This document shows positions 57,488-64,000 of a stretch of DNA of 64,000 nucleotides, one piece after another. The notes beneath the pieces are model-generated. The model saw only the letters and a program-made list of their open reading frames with translations. It made no database searches and had not been told where the DNA came from. Position numbers and translations under genes: made by a program. The stretch is from NCBI GenBank assembly GCA_965219385.1, contig CBDCNM010000002.1:4164305-4228304 (forward strand), read 5' to 3'. This DNA is from Candidatus Latescibacterota bacterium (GTDB lineage Bacteria > Latescibacterota > UBA2968 > UBA8231). The stretch's first letter is position 1, and each line of letters opens with the position of its first letter.

Positions 57488-59101
57488 TCAGCGGGCCCTG
57501 AGGGTGGCTGTGCCGAAACTGCACAGCGCCGATCCGGCGATGAAACCGCCGGCCAGGATGTGCAGTACACCGTCGAAATTTGCTCCGTATCTTCTCTTGA
57601 GAATCGCGCGCACTGAAAGGGCGGCAAACACGGTCCAGCCGGCCGCGGGGTTTAAAATCAGCATGCCCGTCGCGAAGAGAACGCCCAGTTGGCGGGCCGA
57701 ACCTCCGGCGAGCTGAATCAGGGCACCTGGAAGCGCCCAGATCAATAAATATCGAGCTATGCCGCTGTCGGCGCCCGCTTCTATGGTCGAGGCGAATACC
57801 CGGTCGACGGGCGGCAAGAGATCGGCGTTGAAATACACCTTAAAAATAAACGCAGTAAAGGCGGCCGCGATGGTGAATCCGAGTAGTTCGGCATAGTACT
57901 GTTGTCGCCTGCCCAGGCCCTCGTAGCCTGCGAAACGGCCGCTGCCCCTGAGAATCCAGCCCGACTTCAGATCATACCCCATGTCGGCAAAGGCCGGGCC
58001 GGTCGAGGCCGTAAAGCCGGCCAGAAGCGCCAGCGGAACACCTTTGAAGCCGAGCAGCATGCCGAGTACGAGAAAGATCAGGGTTGTGGCGAAGGCGGGG
58101 AACCAGCCCGAATGCATCGCGGCTATCCCGACGATCAATTCCGAACACAGCGCCGCCAGGGCGGCGAAGAGGACGAAGCCCACCAGTTGTTCAAAGGGCA
58201 TTTCCGCGTAGAGACCCGAGGAAAACGCCAGCAGGGAGGCCGCCAGGACAAAGGCTCCATAGCCACCGGCCAGCGAACCTATAAATCCAGGTGTTGCCGG
58301 TTTGTTGCCCTCGTCGCGGTGGGTGCGCTTCCCGTTCCCCAGGATCGAAACGGCTATCTGCAACAAGGCGACGACCCCGGCGCCGATCATGACCCCGTGC
58401 GGCATGTACCACTCTTTGATGTCGACAGCGAAAAGGGCGGGCGAGTAGGCGCGGAGCAGCAAGCCGGTGCCGAGGGCGGCAATGGCCGAGGCATTCCCGA
58501 TCCATGCAACGCCAAAGATCTCCATGGGGATGCCGAAGAATTTGCCGGTGGCGCCGGCCAGCCCGCCCAGGCCGAGGAGCCGGGCGCGCTTTCCGCCGCG
58601 GTCCCCGGCGATGATGCATTCCGCCGCTGCCACCCCCTGAGGCCAGGTCCCGCGCGCGGGAAAGATGCGGGTATCGAAGAGGCGATAAAGCATGGTCGCA
58701 TCGATCAGCAGACCGAGGGCGGCGCCGGCCAGCATGGCCGGCACGAGCTCTGGGCCGCCGACCAACCAGATGATCCCGGCGGGCACCAGGATCGCATTCG
58801 CCCCTCCGAATGTCGCCCCCGAAATCACCGTCTGCATCAGGTTCTGCCGCGCCGTATCCCGAAAAGTAGCGAAGACTTCCGACGGTATGCGCGCTAGGGC
58901 CAGCGCGATCAGGGCGCCGACGATGGAGGTATTGGGCGTGATGCCCACGCGGGTCTGTAGCTCGAGCCCGATGATCGCGCCGAGCAGGCCCAGCAACACC
59001 GCCAGAACAACGGTTTTCGCTTCGAACAGTCGCGGAATCTGCTCGGGCACCTCGGTCACTTCATAGCGCTCGATCAGGTCCTCGGCGCGGCTACTGGACA
59101 T
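57488..59101 (-). CDS. OPT/YSL-like oligopeptide transporter
   Basis: GITPNTSIVGAL, RQNLMQTVISGATF, AAMHSGWFPAFA and GPAFADMGYDLK. Start MSSS at 59101. Confidence 0.82.
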   Translation of the reverse strand: MSSSRAEDLIERYEVTEVPEQIPRLFEAKTVVLAVLLGLLGAIIGLELQTRVGITPNTSIVGALIALALARIPSEVFATFRDTARQNLMQTVISGATFGGANAILVPAGIIWLVGGPELVPAMLAGAALGLLIDATMLYRLFDTRIFPARGTWPQGVAAAECIIAGDRGGKRARLLGLGGLAGATGKFFGIPMEIFGVAWIGNASAIAALGTGLLLRAYSPALFAVDIKEWYMPHGVMIGAGVVALLQIAVSILGNGKRTHRDEGNKPATPGFIGSLAGGYGAFVLAASLLAFSSGLYAEMPFEQLVGFVLFAALAALCSELIVGIAAMHSGWFPAFATTLIFLVLGMLLGFKGVPLALLAGFTASTGPAFADMGYDLKSGWILRGSGRFAGYEGLGRRQQYYAELLGFTIAAAFTAFIFKVYFNADLLPPVDRVFASTIEAGADSGIARYLLIWALPGALIQLAGGSARQLGVLFATGMLILNPAAGWTVFAALSVRAILKRRYGANFDGVLHILAGGFIAGSALCSFGTATLRAR

Positions 59102-59312
59102 TGCTGCTCTCCGGAGTTTTTGGTGTATGGGTGCCTTAAAATAAAAAGATGGGTTGCAAAGGCAAATTGGCGTCGGTTGATCGACTTGCGCCGGCATTCT
59201 CTTGTGTTTAATCTTAGAAGCCGTCTCAAAACCCCCGCCGGCCAGCACAGCCAAGCGACGCCAGGCAGGGGTTTTCGTCTAGGTTCTTGGACGAGGTGTA
59301 CGGAGGGGGACT

Positions 59313-60290
59313 ATGGATATGTCCAGAAGACGGTTTATCGCCCGGACCGGGCTGACCGCGGCCGGGAGCGCGATTCTGGGCTGGATGGGCTGTGGTGCGG
59401 AGAGGGGCAGAAAGCCCCTGATCGTCTCCACCCACCCCTTTGGCCGGGCCGCCAACCAGGTCGCCCTGGAGGTGATCCACAATGGCGGCACGGCCCTGGA
59501 CGCGGTGGAGCAGGGGGCCTGGGTGACCGAGGCCGATCCGACCAATGCCACGGTCGGCATCGGCGGTAGCCCCAATGCCGAAGGGGTGGTGCAGCTCGAT
59601 GCGGCCATCATGTGGGGACCGGGATCCCAAAGCGGCAGCGTGGCCGCGCTGGAAGGCTTTCTGCATCCGATATCGGTGGCGCGCCGGGTCATGGAGGAGA
59701 GCCCGCACGTGATGCTGGCCGGCGAGGGGGCCCGTCGCTTTGCCCTGGAACAGGGGTTCGAGGAGGTAGAGTTGCTCACCCAAGAGCGGCGGCAGGAGTG
59801 GCTCACGTGGAAGGCCGAGCACGCGCCCCAGGTCCCTCAAGTCGGACCCGACAACCACGATACCCTGGCCCTGCTGGCCATGGATGCGGACGGCAATATA
59901 GCCGCGGCCTGCACCACCAGTGGGTGGGCTTACAAGCTGCCGGGCCGGGTGGGCGATTCGCCGATCATCGGCGCTGGTCTCTACGTGGACAATGCGGTCG
60001 GCGCGGCCGGAGCCACCGGGCTGGGGGAAAACATCCTGCGCTACTGTAGCTCCTTTCTCGTGGTGGAGTACATGCGCCAGGGGCTGAATCCGGCCGCTGC
60101 CTGTGCCAGGACGATCAGGCGTATCGCACGCAAGGATCCAAAGGGGACAGAGGTCGCTATCGATCTCGTGGCCCTGGACAAGCGGGGTCGCTACGGCGCG
60201 GCCGGCACCTCCAGGCATTTCGAGTATGCCGTGACCACGGAGGAAGAAAGCCGGATATTGCCGGCCGCATTTGTGGGCGATCCGGGTTAA
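59313..60290 (+). CDS. Glycosylasparaginase / N4-(beta-N-acetylglucosaminyl)-L-asparaginase (Ntn hydrolase), Tat-exported
   Basis: SRRRFI Tat motif, HD|T autocleavage site and GRVGDSPIIGAG. Confidence 0.88.
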   Translation: MDMSRRRFIARTGLTAAGSAILGWMGCGAERGRKPLIVSTHPFGRAANQVALEVIHNGGTALDAVEQGAWVTEADPTNATVGIGGSPNAEGVVQLDAAIMWGPGSQSGSVAALEGFLHPISVARRVMEESPHVMLAGEGARRFALEQGFEEVELLTQERRQEWLTWKAEHAPQVPQVGPDNHDTLALLAMDADGNIAAACTTSGWAYKLPGRVGDSPIIGAGLYVDNAVGAAGATGLGENILRYCSSFLVVEYMRQGLNPAAACARTIRRIARKDPKGTEVAIDLVALDKRGRYGAAGTSRHFEYAVTTEEESRILPAAFVGDPG

Positions 60291-60312
60291 AGTTAAAATG
60301 GAGACACAGAGC

Positions 60313-61155
60313 ATGACGAGTAAATACGGCTATTCGGAAGAGGGTTTGAAGCACTATACCAGCTACCGGGCAAAGGGCCCGATCGCGGTGGACGGACACC
60401 TCGACGAGGAATCGTGGCAATTGGTGACCAAATCGCCGCGTTTCGAGGACCTGGAGGAGCCGGGCCGGCCCGCCCTTTTCGACACCCGGGCCGCGGTGCT
60501 GTGGGACGACGAGTACCTCTACGTGGGTTTCTGGCTGGAGGAACCGGATGTGCAGGCGACCTATACCACGCGCGATTCCATGATCTGCGAGGAGAACGAC
60601 GTGGAGGTCTTCATCGCCGGGGAGGACGGCTATTACGAATTCGAGATGAATGCCCTGGGTACCATCATGGAGCGGTTCTACATCTGGCAGGACGCCTATA
60701 TCGAGGCCGGGTACGCCAAGCTGCCCGAATTCGATCTGCTGGACAACCGGCTGGTGGATACCCTGGGTGGACCGCAGTCCGGATTCAAGCACCCGCGCGG
60801 GCGGCGCTGGGCCTTCCGGGAGTGGGATATGCCGGGTTTGCAATGGGCCGTGCAGGTGGACGGCACCATCAATGATTCCAGCGACACCGACCGGGGCTGG
60901 ACCGCCGAAATTGCCTTTCCCTGGCAGGGCCTCGAGCACCTGGCGGACGGGCGCTCGCTGCCGGCCCGGGAGGGGGATGTATGGCGCATGGATTTTTCGC
61001 GCTTCCAGTGGATCGAGGAGGGCGGCACGCGGGTGTGTCCGGGGTGGGCCTGGACCAGCCACGGGACCTACGATTCGCACATTCCAGATCGCTTCAGTGT
61101 GATCCACTTTTCCGCAAAGGTGGTGGGCGAGGAAGGAGAGGGCAATGATGAGTGA
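60313..61155 (+). CDS. Carbohydrate-binding family 9-like protein
   Basis: VDGHLDEESW, LWDDEYLYVGF, YYEFEMNALG and GWTAEIAFPW. Confidence 0.85.
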   Translation: MTSKYGYSEEGLKHYTSYRAKGPIAVDGHLDEESWQLVTKSPRFEDLEEPGRPALFDTRAAVLWDDEYLYVGFWLEEPDVQATYTTRDSMICEENDVEVFIAGEDGYYEFEMNALGTIMERFYIWQDAYIEAGYAKLPEFDLLDNRLVDTLGGPQSGFKHPRGRRWAFREWDMPGLQWAVQVDGTINDSSDTDRGWTAEIAFPWQGLEHLADGRSLPAREGDVWRMDFSRFQWIEEGGTRVCPGWAWTSHGTYDSHIPDRFSVIHFSAKVVGEEGEGNDE

Positions 61156-61972
61156 AAAGACCGCGTTCTCCACAGAGGAGACCGCGCGCTACACCTGCCA
61201 TAGGACCGGGGACGCCATTGCCGTGGACGGCCGTCTGCAAGAGGAGGCCTGGGCCCGGGCGCAGCGCTCCCCGCGCTTCGGGGATCACACCGGGCAGCGA
61301 TCGCTTTTCGATACCCGGGCGGCCATGCTGTGGGACGACCAGAACCTCTACGTGGGCTTCTGGCTGGAAGATCGCGATGTGTGGGGCACGCAGGAGGAGG
61401 CTTCGCCGTTGGTCCGGCAGGACAACAACGTGGGGGTGCTCCTCGTCGGTCGGGGAGCGTATTACGAACTGGCGGTCAATCCGCTGGGCGCGACCTCGGA
61501 AATGTTCTACATCTGGAAGGAGGCCTATCAGCGCGGCGGCCGCTACGACGTGCCGGAGTTCGATCTGGCGGTGCACCGGCCCGAGGTCCTGGGCGGGGGC
61601 TCGAGGTCCGACTATGGCGCCATGCGCTGGGCTTTTTCTCACTGGCGCTTCCCCGGACTGCAGGTCGGGGTGCAGGTCGAGGGCACCCTGAACAAACGGG
61701 ATGATATCGATCAGGGCTGGAGCGTGGAACTGGCCTTTCCCTGGGAGGGGTTGAAAAGGCTGGCGGAGGCGCAAAGCCGGCCGCCGCCGGCCGGCGATGT
61801 ATGGCGTATTGGGCTGGTGCGGCGCCAACTCATCGACCAGCGCGCCAGTCGGCGGCAGGTCGCGTGGACCTGGCGGCCCCTGATCGAAAGCGACCTGCAT
61901 GTGCCCGAGACCCATCTTGAGGTGGAATTTTCCCGCGTGCCGCCGGGCGAACCCTCCTCCAATTCAGCGTAG
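61145..61972 (+). CDS. Carbohydrate-binding family 9-like protein, tandem paralog
   Basis: VDGRLQEEAW, LWDDQNLYVGF and GWSVELAFPW. Confidence 0.85.
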   Translation: MMSEKTAFSTEETARYTCHRTGDAIAVDGRLQEEAWARAQRSPRFGDHTGQRSLFDTRAAMLWDDQNLYVGFWLEDRDVWGTQEEASPLVRQDNNVGVLLVGRGAYYELAVNPLGATSEMFYIWKEAYQRGGRYDVPEFDLAVHRPEVLGGGSRSDYGAMRWAFSHWRFPGLQVGVQVEGTLNKRDDIDQGWSVELAFPWEGLKRLAEAQSRPPPAGDVWRIGLVRRQLIDQRASRRQVAWTWRPLIESDLHVPETHLEVEFSRVPPGEPSSNSA

Positions 61973-63098
61973 GCGCCCCCTGTCGACAGGATTGCTTCCC
62001 CTGTCGATCTATTGCTTGCTGTTGGTGCTCATCCTGTTGAGCGTCCACGCCCGTTCCCAGGAAGCGCGGCCCCGGGCTCGCGATGTCGGCATTATCATCG
62101 GCGCTAGGCCGACCGGCGCGCTAAATGCGATCACGGATGTGGCCGGCGTGCGGGTGGGGCATTCCACTCTGGTCGAAGGCGACTCGGTGCGCACCGGGGT
62201 CACCGTGGTGTTGCCGCACGAGGGCAATCTCTTGCGTGCAAAGGTTCCGGCCGCCGTTTGCGTGGGCAATGCCTACGGCAAGTTGATCGGCTCTACCCAG
62301 GTCGAGGAACTGGGCAATATCGAAAGCCCCATCGCCCTGACCAATACCCTGAACGTGGGCAAGGTGGCCGATGCCTTGGTGGAGTACATGCTGGAGCAGC
62401 CGGGCAACCAGCAGGTCCGCTCCATCAACGTGGTGGTCGGCGAGACCAACGACGGAAGCCTGAACGATATCCGCGGCCGGCACGTGGACAAAGAGCATGT
62501 ATTCGCCGCGCTGGCACAGGCGGCGGGCGGGCCGGTGGAAGAAGGTTCGGTGGGCGCGGGTACGGGCACGGTGTGTTTGGGCTGGAAGGGCGGGATCGGT
62601 ACCTCTTCGCGCCGGGTAGACGGGTACACCGTGGGGGTCTTGGTGCAGGCGAATTTCGGCGGTGCTCTCACGATCGCGGGGACGCCGGTCTACAGGGAGC
62701 TGTCTCCTGAGCAGGAGGAAGATTCCGGTGACGGCTCCTGCATGATCGTGGTGGCCACGGATGCCCCCCTGGACAGCAGGAATCTCAAGCGCCTGGCATG
62801 GCGGGCCCTGGCCGGCATGGCGCGCACCGGATCGCACTTTTCCGACGGTAGCGGCGACTATGTGATCGCCTTTTCCACGGCGCCGCAGTTGCGGATCCGC
62901 GAGGATGGTTCGGCCCAGACCGGGGGACCGGTGCTGAAAAACGCCGCGGCCAGCCTGTTGTTCCAGGCGGTGATCGAAGCCACCGAGGAGGCGATTGTCA
63001 ATGCGCTTTTCAAGGCCGCGCCCGTCTCCAGCCGTTTCGGCGCGGTCAGGGGGCTACCGGTCGAAGAGGTTGTAAAAATTGTCGAGCGCTTTAATTAG
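61899..63098 (+). CDS. DmpA/P1 (S58) family aminopeptidase; true start probably after 61972
   Basis: NAITDVAGVRVGH, RTGVT, VGETNDG, EEGSVGAGTG, KGGIGTSSR and DG|SCMIVVATDAP. Confidence 0.88.
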   Translation: MCPRPILRWNFPACRRANPPPIQRRRPLSTGLLPLSIYCLLLVLILLSVHARSQEARPRARDVGIIIGARPTGALNAITDVAGVRVGHSTLVEGDSVRTGVTVVLPHEGNLLRAKVPAAVCVGNAYGKLIGSTQVEELGNIESPIALTNTLNVGKVADALVEYMLEQPGNQQVRSINVVVGETNDGSLNDIRGRHVDKEHVFAALAQAAGGPVEEGSVGAGTGTVCLGWKGGIGTSSRRVDGYTVGVLVQANFGGALTIAGTPVYRELSPEQEEDSGDGSCMIVVATDAPLDSRNLKRLAWRALAGMARTGSHFSDGSGDYVIAFSTAPQLRIREDGSAQTGGPVLKNAAASLLFQAVIEATEEAIVNALFKAAPVSSRFGAVRGLPVEEVVKIVERFN

Positions 63099-63887
63099 TG
63101 CCTGGCCGAAAAGCACTTCATCTACATAGCCCATGTGAAGCATGTCGATGATCCTGCAAAGGTATGACCTCCCCTGTTCCCACCATGTATCGTAGGCGTC
63201 CACAACCAAAAGATGCTGAACGTCAAATCCCAGACTCTCTCGGGCCTCCGCAATCTCGTATCCGCCAAGCAGGGTTTCATAGACTCCGTCTGCAACTCGG
63301 CTGCCGAACGTGGTTGTGTAGTAGTATTCCTTGATCTCCCACGCGGCGATCGGATTGACTGTCCCGGGGAAGCAGCCGTCGAGGCGGCGGGACAGAGTGC
63401 GGGCCGGTTTTTCCCCTTGTGTCAGTGTCGTGAATCGTCTAGGATCGTAGTTGCAAGGCAGGCCTTTGGTCCCAACCTCGACTAGCATGTTCACGATGCA
63501 CGTCAAGAAGTTGTGCGCCTTCATGGCACCCTTCTGCTTGTTCATTGGGAGCGGACAGCGCGGTGAGAGCTTCGATCGGAGGTGCTCGAACGTATCGCGA
63601 GCCCGGTTGGCATCCATCAGCCGAGGTTCGACGTATTCGTTCAGGACCTCAGCACGGTGCTTGAAATAGTCACGGAGGTCCTTCGCGAATGCGGTCCTAT
63701 TGCCGTTTTGGTCGACCAAATGTTCGTACTCCAATCCGAGAGTCAGCATTGCCTCGATCATGTTGCCCAGTGAATAGATCCGGATCATCTTGGTGCGCCT
63801 TACAGCATAGCCAAGTGTTTCACTGATGGACCGCACGTTCGCCCAGAAGGCGAGATCCAAGCCGCTGAATCGAGCGTCTGCCTTCAA
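63054..63887 (-). CDS. Putative restriction-endonuclease-like PD-(D/E)XK protein, possibly 3'-truncated
   Basis: RRLDGCFP...AWEIKEYYYTTTFGSRVADGVYET. Lower GC. The end overlaps the convergent peptidase stop. Confidence 0.6.
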   Translation of the reverse strand: MKADARFSGLDLAFWANVRSISETLGYAVRRTKMIRIYSLGNMIEAMLTLGLEYEHLVDQNGNRTAFAKDLRDYFKHRAEVLNEYVEPRLMDANRARDTFEHLRSKLSPRCPLPMNKQKGAMKAHNFLTCIVNMLVEVGTKGLPCNYDPRRFTTLTQGEKPARTLSRRLDGCFPGTVNPIAAWEIKEYYYTTTFGSRVADGVYETLLGGYEIAEARESLGFDVQHLLVVDAYDTWWEQGRSYLCRIIDMLHMGYVDEVLFGQALIKALDNFYNLFDR

Positions 63888-64000
63888 TTGGCCTCCTTCA
63901 CCCCAACGAGTTTCCGTTCAAACAACGCAATCACGTGCTCAAGCGTGCACTCTAGGGCAACACATATTCTGCGCAGTTCGACGATGTCAATACGACGCTC
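63884..64000 (-). CDS. XRE-family HTH regulator, 3' part
   Basis: Reverse strand reads ERRIDIVELRRICVALECTLEHVIALFERKLVGVKEAN*. TTGA overlap with the nuclease-like gene. Confidence 0.7.
   Translation of the reverse strand, partial: ERRIDIVELRRICVALECTLEHVIALFERKLVGVKEAN

Noticed and set aside
1..64000. tRNA, rRNA, riboswitch or intact transposase/integrase
   Set aside because: None recognised by eye. A covariance-model search was not possible.

Overview
GC-rich bacterial DNA (roughly 60-65% GC by eye) with no rRNA, tRNA or CRISPR array that I can detect. The gene content (FlgD-Ig/FTPNGDG C-terminal domains, 'TWxRIK' C-terminal tails, a DUF6785-like membrane protein) suggests an FCB-related candidate phylum such as Latescibacterota; this is inference only. 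The window is dominated by two related minus-strand loci, about 3.3-15.2 kb and 26.3-40.0 kb. Each has a tandem array of ~310-322 aa secreted CBM9/DOMON-like paralogs, an embedded A24 (prepilin/preflagellin-type) peptidase, one or two FlgD-Ig-domain secreted proteins and a ~890 aa Asp-rich, probably outer-membrane protein. Together the arrays hold 8 intact copies, 2 frameshifted copies and several fragments. They show a conserved scaffold with about six hypervariable patches shuffled between copies, and both frameshifts lie in the same (AT)n run. This looks like an undescribed diversifying, possibly phase-variable, surface binding-protein repertoire. The rest of the window holds a decayed type I RM/toxin-antitoxin region (0-2.4 kb), a DUF1538-PII-CBS cluster, a TonB-dependent receptor with remnants, a BCCT transporter, two Gly-rich repeat proteins, a peptide/glycopeptide-scavenging region (42-63 kb) and an HTH plus restriction-endonuclease-like pair at the right edge. 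Family assignments come from motif recognition, not database searches.
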